From Strigamia acuminata (lineage: Eukaryota), in contig OX442314.1 of assembly GCA_949358305.1 (NCBI GenBank), forward strand, positions 12,586,001 to 12,650,000: a stretch of DNA of 64,000 bases, in the 5' to 3' direction. The position numbers and the translations under genes were made by a program. The notes beneath the pieces were generated by a model that saw only the letters and a list, made by a program, of their open reading frames with translations, had not been told where the DNA came from and did not search any database. How positions within the stretch are numbered: position 1 is the first letter of the stretch; every line of letters starts with the position of its first letter. Positions 1 to 48,791 of this stretch are shown piece by piece.

Positions 1-1637
1 AAAATGTTTTCTCACACATTTGCTTTACGTCTCGTAAAAACAAGACTTTCACTGAACACGTGTTTTGATGGAATGCCGTATTCGAATTTCATTCATTTAT
101 TTAATTTTTTTAATTATAAATTTGCGTAAATTATTACATATAGTGGAATAGTCTCATTCAATAAAATATTTCCAGGGAGGATATACTGAATAATTACGTA
201 AAACGCGTTTATTAGTCATAACTTGATGGTCTAATGAAACAAATTAAATTCCAGCTAAATGCGCACATAAGGTGTAGGTGTTGCACGTTTTCCCACGAGG
301 CACTTCTGATTAAAACGATTCGCTCGGTTGACCTCGATATACCTAGCAAAGCCATGGCCCACCGCTGCATCTAATTTAAGTAGCTTCTGGTCAAACAATT
401 TGAAGTAGCAGATTCACGTTGATTTGTACATCTGAAGATTTTGATGCCTTTTTTTATGTTATCAATTACATTTGATTTGTTTTATTATTGAATTAATTAA
501 ATTATATGGAATTGTTTAAAATCAACTGGTCTTTGAATCAAAATAAGAGAGAATTCATTAATCTCGATATTTTAGGAAATTTGAATTTATTTGCAAATGT
601 GATTTCTGTTTTTAACTTGAAAGCTTACGAAACGAAGTAAGCCAATTCTGCTCAACGTGCAACGAGTGTTTATGCAATCTTCGGAGCCTTAAGAGTTGAT
701 CCCATCGTTTCAAACCTCGGGTGTACATGGTAGCACGTAAAAGGTCGATTTTCTTGTTAAATATTGGTTCCTCCGAGTTATGAAAGCACCTCAAATGTTA
801 TTATTAGCGCAAACATTGCACTTGTTAGCTGTAAGTACTTTAGACAAACAGATATGGTTTATTACATAAAATTGATATCGGAAAAATGTTAAAAACCAAA
901 TAAGAAAATAATAATAGCAATGCTTCAAATGTAATGTTTGAAAAAGCCTTTACTAAACAGCAGAAAACCAAATTCTTACAAACATCTCTAAAGCAATAAA
1001 ATAATTCAAATCTTTAAATAAAAAAAATTAACAAGACAGTTGCTTTATTAATTACATTTCAGCTTTTTTTTTTCTTTTTTTTGTTAATTTTTTTTTTGTT
1101 AATTTTTTTGGTTTTTCAGCTCAAATATATTTAAAAAATGAAATCTAGAATATAATTCAGAATTAACGTACTGTATGAACACTATAAACAAAATATTACA
1201 GAAAATTAACAAATTATTTTGGCATCAAAAAAATTAATTGTTACACTTTGTTTTCAAATAAATGGCAGTGGGAATTGTAGGGATTTCATTTCATCAAATT
1301 CTAATAAATCACAAAATAGTACATAAGTGTATCATTCTTGCAAATAAAAAACGTTTATCCTTGCAAATATCAGTTGAAAACAGTTACTGTGCAATCCTCA
1401 TTTACCAACTTCCTTCAATAGTATTGAATTCGAAACCGAAGTAGAAATGCGAGATTTCCAATGACATGTACAGGAATGAGTGTGGTTAAACACAGCTGTT
1501 GGTCTCTAAAGTTAGCATTTTTCCAAGTTCCTCGTGTCAATATGACACACGATTCATACCAACTCAATATTAAATACAACAGTCACGTTTCAGCACACGC
1601 GACGTTTGATTCGACACGGTTGAGAAAACTGTATTTC

Positions 1638-36015
<34,378 letters not shown>

Positions 36016-36174
36016 TTTTTCAACTTTTGGGACACAACTTCTCTCACGCGGATGACGAAGAAGCACGAATGACTCGTGTTCGAAGCTCAACCGCCTCGGC
36101 TGCTGTGACTCATTCAGCTTCAGAGGCCCGGCAATAGGGAAAGTCCATTGTGATCGCGCGGGGGACGATGCAAG

Positions 36175-36212
36175 TCGAGACTAAACGTGAATTCGCGAGA
36201 ATGTATATATTC
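36175..36212 (-). promoter_or_regulatory. Putative TRIM9 core promoter (TATA-like element plus initiator-like TTAGTC)
   Basis: Minus-strand ATATATA near 36210-36204, with TTTAGTC about 27 nt downstream (A at 36182). It sits where the GC-richer 5' leader meets AT-rich upstream DNA. Confidence 0.35.
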
Positions 36213-37199
36213 CACTGCACTCTCACGGGGGAAATATTAAATAAACTAACCAATAATACTAACGCTGAATGTTGATCGTTGTGTAACCGTTGACATAAAA
36301 AATAAACATTTTTTTACATATTTTACATCGGTCCTTAATTTATAATCATATTATAAGCCTATTATAAGCCTATCTAACAAATATTTTTTTTTGTATATTT
36401 TTTTTGGGGGAAGGAAAATTCTCCATTGAACAGCAAGATGGTAAGGAAAAAATCTTTTATACCAATTACAATATTGATCTAATTTTCCTGGAAAAGATTA
36501 AAATCTTAAACTTTGTAAGAAACTTAATTTAGCTTCTTTGGCGCGCACAACTAAAATACTTCCTTCCAAAATATTAAACCCAAATTAAAAAAAAAATTAA
36601 AACTATAAAAACACATCTAAAAACCGAAAGAAAAAAAAAACAATTTAGTTTTCCTGTGCAGCAAAAAAAAAAGACATAAAACGACAAAATAAGCCAAAAA
36701 CATATTCTTTCAAAACATTAACAAATATTAATTCAAATTTCATATAAAAAATGTATGAAAATTTATCATGCGTACTAGCGAGCAAAAAATTAGATTATTA
36801 ATTATATTTTTTTAATTCAGAAAAACTCAAATAAATAAATAAATATGCAAAAAAAATGTAAATTTATGATTTTATAAAACTTCTTCTTCGCTTTACCCCA
36901 TGTTTAATTAATAAAGCTGGAGCACAACAATTCTTACTTCCTTTAAATCATCTTACTAATGATACACAATCATTTTAAATATTCACCTCAAGGCTCCACT
37001 AGAGTCTACCATTTTTTTCATTCTCATTTTCCTTCCTACGTATATAATTTCCTCTTTTAAAATTTCGTAACAATTATCAGATAATTAGAAATAAATTAAT
37101 AATTAAAATTAATTTATTTTTTAAACAAAAACAAAAAAAAAACCAAAAAATTCAAATTCCAAAACACGCTCACAACATTTACAACAAAAAAAAATATCC

Positions 37200-40100
37200 T
37201 TTTACGTCCAACTTTAGTTCAGCCCTGTAAAAATCCCTTTAGGGATCATTCAAACTCTTGAGCGACTGTACAATAAGATAAAATCCCTGTGCGCCGCCTC
37301 TGTCTGCTTTCTAAGCATCCCTTTATAGCTCACTTTCCCTTTTCTTTTCGGCTTTTCATAACTTATGAATATTTCGCTGTAACCTTTATCCAACATTTAT
37401 TTACAACCTTAATACAATAAACTGTAATTGTGCGCTCGGATAAAAAAAAGATGCGAACCTCTGAATGATTAATTTTGAGCAAACCACTCGAGTTTAATAT
37501 CATAACTCGTTTATAAACCGTTTTTTTTTTGTATTTTTAAATTTTATTTTATTACATAAAGAAGCCAAATTGATGATTTCCACCATATGTGCACTATCAT
37601 ATCAGTTTATATAAAGGTAGGCAGCGAAGATGCTCTGGGGATTCGTGTAATGAAAACACGTTTTGTGAATGAAAATGAATTGAAAAGTACGAAAAAAATT
37701 ATTTTTAAAGTTGATATTAAGCAAAATTAACCCATTAATCTAATAAAGTATCATTTATATGGTATTAAATGCAGTAAAAATGCATTATTCCATCTTCCGA
37801 CAATTCGTTTCGATTTAACGAGAATTAAAGCGGCAGTGTGCCCAAAATTTCCTGCAAAACCAAAAAAAAAATCATTCATTGAAAGGAAGATATGTCCCTA
37901 TGGGATGACTCAAACTTAAGAAGCTTTGAAGATTTCATATAAAAAGAAAAAACTGGGGAGAAAAAACTTTTTGAAAAGAGACAAAAAATGAACTGTGTAG
38001 TGACAAATGGATTGCTTTTACACCACAAAAACACAAACCTCTGCTTGAAATCATTTTTCATCGCTGTTCGACACGAAATAAATCAAATGTTATCCAATAT
38101 CCATTAAGTAAAACTTTATTTTTTTATTTATATAAAACAAAAATCTTTTTGTCTGATTCCAAGCAGTAAGGATAATAAATGATTGGTGATAGTAAGTGAG
38201 CTTTATGGTCTGGAATGATCAACCCACAGACCATGTCCACTTTAGACCCATTCCCTTCCCCAATAACCCAAAAGAAATCAATGAAACTTGAAAAATCAGC
38301 AACTAACACCCATAAGCGCCAATATTATTCTAACAATCTGTTTCCAACAATGTTTTTTCAAAGGAAAAATTAATTAAATTAATTAATTAATTGATTAGAG
38401 TCTTCAAATTGATTAATTAATACGACGAGGTGTTGTTTTCCGAGCTATCTGTGTGTCTTGGTTTTGTTTCTCTATCTGTCTTTTGTTCAACAAACTCCAT
38501 TGTTCACCAGCAGGGGAAAAAAATTGTTTTCAACACGTGTCCATTAAAATTCCATTAAGAAGTTTGGAGACATTTTATCAAAACAACCACGAGTTGTTTA
38601 GTCATCCAACAGAGCGGACTTAAAAAGGGAGAAAAAAGCTCAACAAGATCACTTGAAAATGGAGTCCAAAGACGAGCAACGTCCAAGATTTGTTTACTCA
38701 TGCAAGACAAATGATGATGCAAAAGCTGAAGCAGCCCGAACAAATTCATCTTTTTTACCATGTTGAATTTAAATTTTTCTATATTAAAGTTAACAAAATC
38801 GTGCATAATGTGAAATTGTACGAATTGGCAAAAAAATATCCAATAAAATGTGACAGAATTTTCTTTTCCAATCAGGTACTGCCAGTCAAGTCACAATCAT
38901 TCGCACTTATCTGATTAACTGACATTACCGGGCAATTTCACTCACTCGCACGTCGCCATTTAGAAACAAAAACTCTTTTAACCGCTAATAAATAAACGTC
39001 AGACTTGAATGGAAACACCGTAATTACATTTTTAATTTTTCCTTTTAATGTTTTTCTAGCACAAAAAGTTGAGAAAAAAAAAATAACTGCACAACACCAC
39101 AAAAGAAAACTCGGAAACACAAAATGTCCAACAACACAAAAAGCAAAAAGATAAACACATATCAATGTGAAACCCAAAGATTTATTTGCTGCATAATTCA
39201 AAGCGCAAGACAGAGAAATGCATCTGCTAACACAACTACTGCATTACAAAAACTTTACTTTGGATGTAAAAAAAATTAAAATTTATTGCAGTTTCCATAT
39301 GCTGAAAATACTCGGCTAACCATCACGAATGAACATCGCTTGATAATGGACCAGTGATTCAACTTACGTATTGCTTGTAGTGTCATCTAGTGTTTAATTA
39401 CAACTTTACTATGTGTTCAAGATTAAAACTAGTGTATTACCTTGTGCAACTCATGCAACAACAACAGCATGGCAACCATAGCAACAACAAAAACAATTAA
39501 TGCCAAACTTCACCACTAGTCACAGTCCATGCTTGGTATGCTTGATGTCGGTGGTCATCTTTCGACGTTATTAATATAGAGAAAAATTAGCATATTGAAT
39601 CAATTGCTAATAATCGCGAACCAAAGACCTCACTTTTTAATAAAACTCAGCTTGAAAAGAAAAATTCAATTTTAATTTAACCAAATTACCACTAGAGTCA
39701 ATCAATTCTTTCCCAAATTTTAATCAACTGCCGACATTATTACCCACAGACAACGATGAGCAGTCACTGTATGTACACCGACTGTCAGCTGCCACTTGAC
39801 AAAAATCGTGGCACATCCAGCACGAGCTATCATTCCTATCAACCCTTATCATCGTCTATTCGTCTTCTCTCCTTCTTTCAACCTTCTACAAACAGAGCGA
39901 CGCAACATGCGAAAAACAAAACAAAATCAGGCTACAATCAATGTTTAAATTTAAACCGTTATAAAATTAATGTTTCTAACAAAAATAAACAACTTTTAAC
40001 CCCGTTAACATCTACTTTAAGGTGAAGCCCCCTAGTGGCAGTAAAAAAAATATTTTAAAGTGCAATTAGGGGCTTTGCAGTGGACATCACCTTGTCACAA

Positions 40101-43100
40101 AGAAAGGAGAAAAAAACAACAACAAAAAAACTAGTGTTTCTGTAATGCCAACAAAACTGGAAGAACTAGTTCCCACTGGAATCAAATTGCTCACAAAATC
40201 TTTTTATTTCAAAGTAAAATAAAAAAATAAAAAATATAAAATACAAACTTTTTATTTTCACCTTAAAAATGACCTCACGCGATATCAACGCGATAATCGA
40301 AGCTGATATGCGATATAAATATTCACAACGTTCAATCCCGTTGGTCTCATCGAGTAAATCCAACGCCCTGCAGTGATTGCATTCACTATTCAAATCACGC
40401 TGAATGACGACTATCGGAGAAGTAAAAAACGATTTTGCTCAACTTCCTGATTATGTCGACTCATCAGGCAAATAAAACTGATGATTTCATTTAACGATCA
40501 CCATTTCTAAAACTTTCCTCTCAAACGGCCAATTAGTGCCTATCCAATCCAATCCTTATTAAAATTATATTTCCAATCACCAGACTCGCCGTAGCGTTTT
40601 CAACCAAATTTCAACACTTCTAAGATTTACGCGCAACTACTTCCGGTACAGATTAGGCCCGATTGGGGGGATCTTGCACCGGTCCCTGCAGACGCCTTGT
40701 GATAAATAAATCATGAAAAAAATAACTAAAACATAAAATAGCCATCAACTTAACCCCCTTTGTGCCACATCGCAAGTTTTTTGTTTATTGACCTTTGCCA
40801 TCTGTTAGCAATTCCCTCAACGACTGGCGTCAACAACTCGCCATTTCTCGCTTCCTAACCGCCTTTCGTGTCCGCGATTGCGCCTGTCGGCAACCCGTTG
40901 GCAAAGAGCTTTTTCATGTTCTTTTTCTGACATTATCGCTCTCTGGGGTTTGATTTTAGATTATCGGCTCGAGCGAGAGGCGATAATCACAGATAAGGCC
41001 ATTAATCTTGACTCGTTTCTAATTTCTCTGGCTTGCCTTCGAGAGCTCCTCTCTAATACCCTCATAACTCCATTAACCAACTCCTTAATTACTTCTACAT
41101 TCCTATACCTGCACAAATCTACCCGTCAGCGTCTCCACGGAGTTCACCCCAAGTCCAGAAGACAGTTAGTGTCATGAGTCTGCACAAAGATTGAGCAAGT
41201 TGGGTGTGATGAAAGCTCCACAGGTCAAAGTTATCACCATTAAGCCTAACACGATGTGCATTAAACATTACGATTTACATATTAGGTGCATTCAAAGTTT
41301 TGGTTTATACCGTTTATGCCACATTTACAATAGGGTAGAATGGTTTATATCAGCCACAATCTCTCTCCAAATATCCTATCGCCGATTTCTAAATGTCTTT
41401 CATATTTTTCATCGTAGAGTTTCTAATAAATTTCACAAAATTCGGATTTTTCAAATACTAACTCGAAACAACACAAGTGAATGCAGCTATGCTCTTAAAA
41501 AGGGGTTTTGAAACAAGATTTTGTTATTTCACTCACGTTTTTTTCTTTTTTCCTCACTCCAGCCACACGCGTACAAGGTGTTACCAAACCTCCGTGGAAA
41601 CAGATCTTTATCTTCGCCACGAGGAACCACCTGGCAAATGACAATGCTTATTGAGAATGAGTTCAAGCGCGTGGCATTTTCACCATATTATCATTCAGTT
41701 TAAACGTGCTATTCCAAAACTCTGCTAAAATCGCAACACGCATTAAAACACGTAGTAAGTAGCTTTTAAAAGGTTCCTAAAACAAAAATCGTAAAATCGT
41801 CTCTTTTGTACTTTGTATTTTAACTGTTATTGCCCCATAAGCAAATTTACGCAACATAATTTAGCTCAAAAATTGCAATTGAGTTCCTTTTATGATGTGG
41901 CTATAAGTGACCATTCTCATACTTTTGCAGCACGGATTCAAAGAATTTATGGTGTGTACTTTGCCGTGGTTATGTGAATACTCACCATAGGGTACGTTCA
42001 ACGTCCTTGGCGTTATGAAGAGTGACTTTAGTACCACTTTAGAAAATGCAATAAAAGCAGAACTGCCAATCAAAGCACACTGCAGTCACTTTCACCGTAA
42101 AAATATTCTTGCCTTCATGCAGTGCCGCATTAAGAAATATAACGAAGTCACAGAAAGATGTAACATGTCGTAATATGACCTGCACTCTGCTTGAACAGTG
42201 CATTAAGTGAAATAAATGACTTATTATTGAATGTTTTAAAAATTTGTACTGTGTTTACATTGCAGTTTTCAATGCACAAAATGCCCAAAATCTACCTCGC
42301 ACAAATAGAATTTAGTTTTCCCAATTACCGCGTATAAGTAGAGTAACCCAACTCCTTGCTAATTAATTTTCCATCAATTACCGATACAATTATCTTTATA
42401 TTCTCTCCCAATCTAACAAAAGTATTCAATTGTTGCGAGTCGTAAAAAGATCAACAGGTTTGGGCTGTAATCAATAGCAATGGAGAATGCAGCCAACAAA
42501 ACCAAATTGACACGTCGAAATAATCAAATCCACGATACAAAACGGTATTCCCTCTATTAATTACCCGAGACAACTACAGCAATTCCCTTTTAACTCGAAA
42601 CAAGGGCACGTGACAATTGGCAAGAGCAACTATATCGAATTACTCTATATTCCTCATCCCTTCCCCTTCTCGTTCCTCTCGAGCACAAATTTACTGAGAC
42701 GAGCTGCAAGCTTCCTGTTTTATTTTCCCCATTCCATCAACATTTTAAATTTTATAATGCATTAAAGTTGAAGAATGGAATGATGTAATTGCTAGTCCAG
42801 TATTTACCCAGCTGTTTAACGATTCAACCCACGCCCAGCTCCTCAAAAAGGTTTAGACACGCGAACGTTTCATTAAACGGTCCCAATTACCTACCTGACG
42901 CTGATTTATGATCGGAAAGAATCGTATTAAGAATGGGACTTAGCCACGCATCGGAGCATAAATTTCGAACAATTTGTATTGCTAAAAGAATATCTACTTA
43001 CCATTGGTGATATCAGAAAACAAAAAGAATTGAATCTTACCTAAAAAAGAAGAAAAAAAATAATGAATAAATAAATAAATAAATAGAAATTTGCATAAAA

Positions 43101-43630
43101 ATAAATAAATAAATAGAAATTTGCATAAAAATAAATAAATAAATAGAAATTTGCATAAAATTAAATAAATAAATAGAAATTTGCATAAAAATAAATAAAT
43201 AAATACAAATTACCATATTTTTTATTTTTATATTTAACAACATTGCAGACCACAGGCATTTTTTGTCAAAATTGTACACAAAAAAGTAAAAACACACTCG
43301 GAATTTAATTAGAATAAGAGCGGCGCACGCTGAATGATGACACCTTGAATCATAGGAATTACCACACCCAAAACAAGAAAAAAAAATATATTTACTGTCA
43401 CACTACCTCATTGGCGCAAAAGCCAAAAATAAAATTCCTGCAGCACGCACCTTTCAGGCAAATTAACGCATCTGGCAAAAGTTCAAAACTAATTCGAAAC
43501 GAGACTCCTCGAAGCAACAACACCGCTTTAACAAGTAATGTGCCAATCAATGTCCAAAACCCCTCGACAATGTACGAGATTGAAACCCGCCCTCGAGACT
43601 TCTCTTCCAACTTTTAATTTCGCCTCCTTC
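37200..43630 (+). repeat. Diverged direct paralog of TRIM9 intron-1 segment ~15.0-20.2 kb (islands of similarity only); continues at 63.0-63.4 kb
   Basis: Matched islands: 15067/37206, 15733/38235, 15908/39170, 17253/40440, 17737/40889, 18113/41573, 19285/43526, 20135/42547. Confidence 0.8.
43066..43210. repeat. Minisatellite, 30-bp unit (aaatagaaatttgcataaaaataaataaat), about 4.5 copies
   Basis: Near-perfect 30-bp periodicity over 43081-43200. Confidence 0.92.
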
Positions 43631-46600
43631 TCTTTTTCAAACACCCAAGTGACAATTTCTTTTCTCGTTTTGCCCCTCCTTTCTCCAAATACTTGCCCAA
43701 TCTCAATAAAACATTTGCGCACAACTGTCCGACTCTAAAACTAGAACAGATCATCAATTAATCGGCGAATCAGTCGACCACTGCCCATCAGCGCCACGCA
43801 AACCAAAAAGCAAGCAAACAACGCGTAAAAAGGCAAAAGGCATTAAGCCGCCATAAGCACAACGCGATAAGATTTACGACTAGATTTGCAGCAAACAGAT
43901 AAGATTGAATTACGCTATCACGAACCCATTGCGAGCAGTGCAAAAGTCGGGGAAATTATGGTCGCGTTTAATGCGATGATTTACTCTCGGACAGAAAAAA
44001 TAAATAAACACAAATATAGTGAGAAACCAATTGCGTTATATAGCAATAACAAAGTGTGGCACGTAAACATAATCATTAACCATTTTTTCCCTCTCGAGTT
44101 TATAATTTACACGGCGATAAATCACATTTATTTCCAGTGCGATGCGCGCTTAAATTTGCCACCAACGAAATAATCGAAGGAGCTGCCCCCGGTACTTTTT
44201 GCTTCACTTCACTGCAGTGTCTCTAAAAGCGGCCTGTTGCATTATTACTGGTAGTGGCAAACTGGCAATGCACATAAATAAAACTGTGCGTGAATTAAAT
44301 ATGTCACTTTAAGTGGCGTTATGAAAAGAAATGTGAACGTAATAAAGTTAGGGGATGTCTAAACTCAACGGTAAAATTAAAGAATCTATTTTTTTAATCT
44401 GAAGACAAAGGTAAATATTTTGAAAGCTTATATTTACTCATTCGAGCTAATGGGTGCAAGTAAATGTCAATCAACTTCTCAGAATTTAAAATTAAATAAA
44501 AAAAAAAAAAATGTTCCCACTAAGTCAATGGTAATTTAAAAACCGGTACACGCCAATCACCACACCTTGTATGAAAAAAAAACCTTAAATTTTTATTTCA
44601 GAAAGAAAAACACTAAAAACAAAACTAATTCCACCTTAAAATCAATTTTACTTCGTAAAAAGTGGTAAAAAATGTGCAAAATCCGTCGATTAATTAACTA
44701 CTCTTGCTCTTCTTCATTACTCTTTGTTAGCCCATCGAGTCCCTTTAGTATTTGCATTAATCATTCCAGGAACGCAACAACCAATTACAAAAAAGTCGAG
44801 GAATATGGATTGAGCAAACCACGTTGACCGAAACGAGTTATTAAATAATTGATATTTTCAACATTTTCATCATGTTGTAAAAGCGCTTCATCACATTTCC
44901 CTCAGTTCTGAATTTGATCTCGCAGTCCCACAGGAACGAAACTGATAACCGTTTGCCAACCAGCGGGTAAAATGAAAATGTTTTCCATTTCTCCTCATAA
45001 TCAGTATAATTCAATTGCTAATCAACACGAGGACAAGTCAGATAGGACAAGGCACGAGATAGGGAAAGGGAGACATGCTTGTTATCGCTGTCAACTGATT
45101 CTCTTCTCTTCTCTCGCCTTGTTGGTTTATGGTTTTGAGGCTGCGCGAGGGGGTGGGGTGGTGAATGCGAGGGACGGAGACGCTTATCTGAAGGAAGTTG
45201 ATACACAAGAAGTTTGGATCCACTGCTACGTCCTCGTTGCGTCCGAATCGTTTGCACCCTTTTAACTTGGTAATACACACATCCTGTCGTTGTGGAATTC
45301 AGTGTCAGGAAATGGTGTGTCGAGTTGACACCAGAGTAAAAAATCAAAGTGCTTCTTGCCATATGGTTGTCAAAACAGAAAAAATATTTTTTCAATACGC
45401 TGTAGTAAATTGTAAGCTTGTATTTACGTAATAATTGATAGCACGTTCTCAACTTTTAATAAATTATACGTTAATTCGTGGATAAACATTAATTATAATG
45501 TAATAACGACGTTTTTAATGGCCTCACTTCATAAAGATTGAAATTGATAATTAAGTCCGTGAAACCAAAGTAATAAACAATAAATGTATCAAAAGATTAT
45601 GGAAAAAACGGTTTTTTATTACGAATTTGTTAAGTAATTTGAGTCAGAATGTGTGGGTTTAAAGATATGCTGATTTTGGCATATGTTGAAGAACCAGACT
45701 TGCTCAGCATCAAATTGACTCTGATACATAAAGACCGTGACAAATCTCCATAGCCAAATGTCATGGCAACACGTGTTTCATTTGGTAAAACTGAAAAAAA
45801 AAAAAAAAAAAAAAAAAAAACAGAAAAAGAAAAAGAAAGAGAGAAAAATCTAATGTGATTCAACTCATTCTTCTTCTAGTCACATTCATCCCCTTTTTCT
45901 CAGATCATCTTCTCCTTTTCCATCATCCTCATCTCCACTGCTGAATAAACATCATCAATCCCTTTAGGCCTAAACCCTATCACAAACATTTATATCCCTC
46001 AAGGCAAACCGCACCGAGAAATGAGTTTTATTCAAGGCACAGTGTCTCCAAGCTTGTCGCCATTAATATTTCACAAGTGCAAATTCAACATCGCAAGGAT
46101 GGCTCCGACGACATTTTTAACAAATCGAATTGAGAAAATTCAATCAGTTGCCGACGCACCTCAAAACCATTTCAACAACACCGCTACCCATCCAGCCCCT
46201 TTTACTTTATATAAACTGCAAACAAAACAAATTGAATGCAACAAAAATCACCCAAATCACATAATGATTATTTACCAGATAATTAAATTACGAATAATAA
46301 AATTGGAATTAAAAGCAAAAAGAAATTTCCTACCATTCATTTGCCGTTATGTTTCACGATTAACCCGATGTCACACTCTCGAAAATAAATAGCAAATGGT
46401 GTGGATGTTTGGAAGTTCTATGTTCAATCTCGTCCAAGGTTCAATGTGATAATTTCAATCATGAACACGGAGGTAGTGCGGACTTTGAAGAGGCCTCAGA
46501 ATAGTTAGGGGTAGAAACCGTTTGGTGGGGTTTATCAATTGTTACTGACGTCAACAGTTCGTTTATTTATAAGGTTCTATTTTAGTTTACTGTATCTGTA

Positions 46601-46637
46601 ATTATTCTACCGAGGGCTGACCATCTAGTATCAAGAC

Positions 46638-47972
46638 ATGCCGTTTAAGAAATCAGCGTTGAGCTTGGAAGAATCGTGTTTGAACACAATCGCCGCACAT
46701 TACGACGACATCCGCAATCATCTCATTCGTTTTTCTGACAAATTGATTAATAAGATATATCAACACTTTGTTGATGGAAAGTATAGTCGTCGTTTCCGTT
46801 TGCATATGGATGATTTTATTCGTCCTGGCGCGAGATCTTTAGTCCTAACGCACTGGTTTTCCTATGTGCCTACGCATAAACTTGTAGACAAAATAATCCG
46901 CGTTTGTAACAACCTGACAGACCTAGATTTATCACGCTTGCAAGTTCCATCGAAATGTGTAATCACATTGGCGAAACATCTGCCCAACCTTCGACGTCTC
47001 AACTTGGAAAAAAACCGTAAAATCACAGACTTGGTTTTAGCCGAGATCGTTGCGAGCAACCTGAAACTTGAATATTTAAACATTTGCGAAACGAATGTTA
47101 CAGTAAATGGATGTTTACAACTTGTAGAAAATCTACCGCTTCTAAAGAAATTAGATGCTGATCACGACATGTGGAGAGAGTTATTCAAACTCCTAAAACA
47201 AAACTTTAATCGCAACGAAATATGTCACACGTACTCTCTCGAAGATGTAAAGCTGCAAGAATGGACAATTGACGATCCCACCATCGTTGCACGAATGTTT
47301 CCGAATTTACGTAAGATCGACGTTCATCCGCTATCGGAATTTGAATTTGATTGTAAGCTTAATTCCTGGAACTGTTTTAATAATATAGTCACACCAATAC
47401 TAAGCAAAACAATGGTAAGACTAACCAGCTTAAAACTGTTAAGGATTGGTCCGGTCAATATTGAGCGAATTGCCATTTTCTGCCCAATGTTGGAGAGTTT
47501 ACAATTGAGCTATTGTTCAATCAGCGTTAAAACATCGCATAATTTAAAAACTGCATCAAATCGGCAGCCATTCCGAAGACTACGTGAACTGGGCATTAAT
47601 CAAGCACCGTATGAACCACATACATCGACAGACCTTACATTGATAGACGAACAAGATTTGCGCATGTTATTGCTAAATTCCATTAATTTGCAAAGCCTGT
47701 TTCTTTTTTATTGTGAATCTTTTTCGGATAGCTTTGTCACTGAGCTCATCAAATTGAATTTACTACAAAATCTCAGAAAGCTTACTATTATGATGAGTTT
47801 TTCGATTAATTCCGCAACAGTTTTAAAATTGCTAGCAATGAAAAATCCACTAAATAATGTGTACATTTCTTGTTGTCCAAGTATCGACGATGAAGCTTGG
47901 GCTACAATTGAAAATTACATTCAACGTGAGAATTTGGATCTTAAGCTTCTTCATACCGATACATATCCATAA
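46638..47972 (+). CDS. BC-box/Cul2-box leucine-rich-repeat protein, paralog 1 (subtype A), 444 aa, single coding exon
   Basis: Intact ORF. N-terminal SLEESCLNTI, then FSDKLINKI. Cys-containing LRRs (LTDLDLS, LRRLNL, LEYLNIC). Several close paralogs lie adjacent. Confidence 0.88.
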   Translation: MPFKKSALSLEESCLNTIAAHYDDIRNHLIRFSDKLINKIYQHFVDGKYSRRFRLHMDDFIRPGARSLVLTHWFSYVPTHKLVDKIIRVCNNLTDLDLSRLQVPSKCVITLAKHLPNLRRLNLEKNRKITDLVLAEIVASNLKLEYLNICETNVTVNGCLQLVENLPLLKKLDADHDMWRELFKLLKQNFNRNEICHTYSLEDVKLQEWTIDDPTIVARMFPNLRKIDVHPLSEFEFDCKLNSWNCFNNIVTPILSKTMVRLTSLKLLRIGPVNIERIAIFCPMLESLQLSYCSISVKTSHNLKTASNRQPFRRLRELGINQAPYEPHTSTDLTLIDEQDLRMLLLNSINLQSLFLFYCESFSDSFVTELIKLNLLQNLRKLTIMMSFSINSATVLKLLAMKNPLNNVYISCCPSIDDEAWATIENYIQRENLDLKLLHTDTYP

Positions 47973-48515
47973 CTTTGAGTCACCCAAATCTAATGGGTTG
48001 ACCGAATAGTGTTCAATCAAATCATAGTTTGGTTTTCAATAACTGTTAGAAGAGTATGTGATCTAGTCTAGATTTATAGTTCCCGTTGTTTTGTTTTGTT
48101 TTTAAATAAAAATCGTGAGTTTATGTTAATTGATTTCTGATTCCTTAACTTTCCTTTTGTAATTGTAGTTTTCATTATTTACTTAATAGCATTCAATGAC
48201 ACTTTGTCAATTTAAATAAATTATTATTGACTTAATTAGTTAAAGAATACGTAAAAAACATGTTAAACTGTCATTTTTAATAAATTACTTTTATTCCCAA
48301 CGTGAAGTATTTTTGGCTTCATTCTTAATCTTTAACTAATTTGAAAGTAAAAGGTCAAAATAAAATTTAAATTAGTTACGGTATGTGCAGTAAGCCAGTA
48401 ACCGTTCGGTGACCGGTATCAATTGTCACTGAACGTCAATAGTACGTTTACAAGTTCTATTTAAGCGATGCTTCACGGATCAGTAATCATTCCTTTGAAG
48501 GCTGACCATCGCGCC

Positions 48516-48746
48516 ATGCCCCGTAGAAAATCAGCATCGAGTTTGGAAGAATTGTGTTTGAACACAATCGCCGCACATTACGACAAGTTACGCCTTAATA
48601 ATTTTCCACCCGTATTGGTTAACAGGGCCGTTCCTAGGAAATATCTGTGGTGAGGCGAGCATTAAAAATGCCGCCCCCCCCCCCCCCCCCAAAAAAAAAA
48701 AAAAAAAAAAAACCTATTTCTGAATACGTCCGAAAATATTTTTGGG

Positions 48747-48791
<45 letters not shown>

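Noticed and set aside
43037..43297. ORF with repeated MQISIYLFIF
   Set aside because: It is the translation of the 30-bp minisatellite.
46638..46790. F-box call for the LRR protein N-termini
   Set aside because: FPxxLxxxI resembles an F-box start, but the later F-box hallmarks (VCK/R-x-W) are absent and a BC-box-like motif precedes it. Not formally excluded without a profile search.
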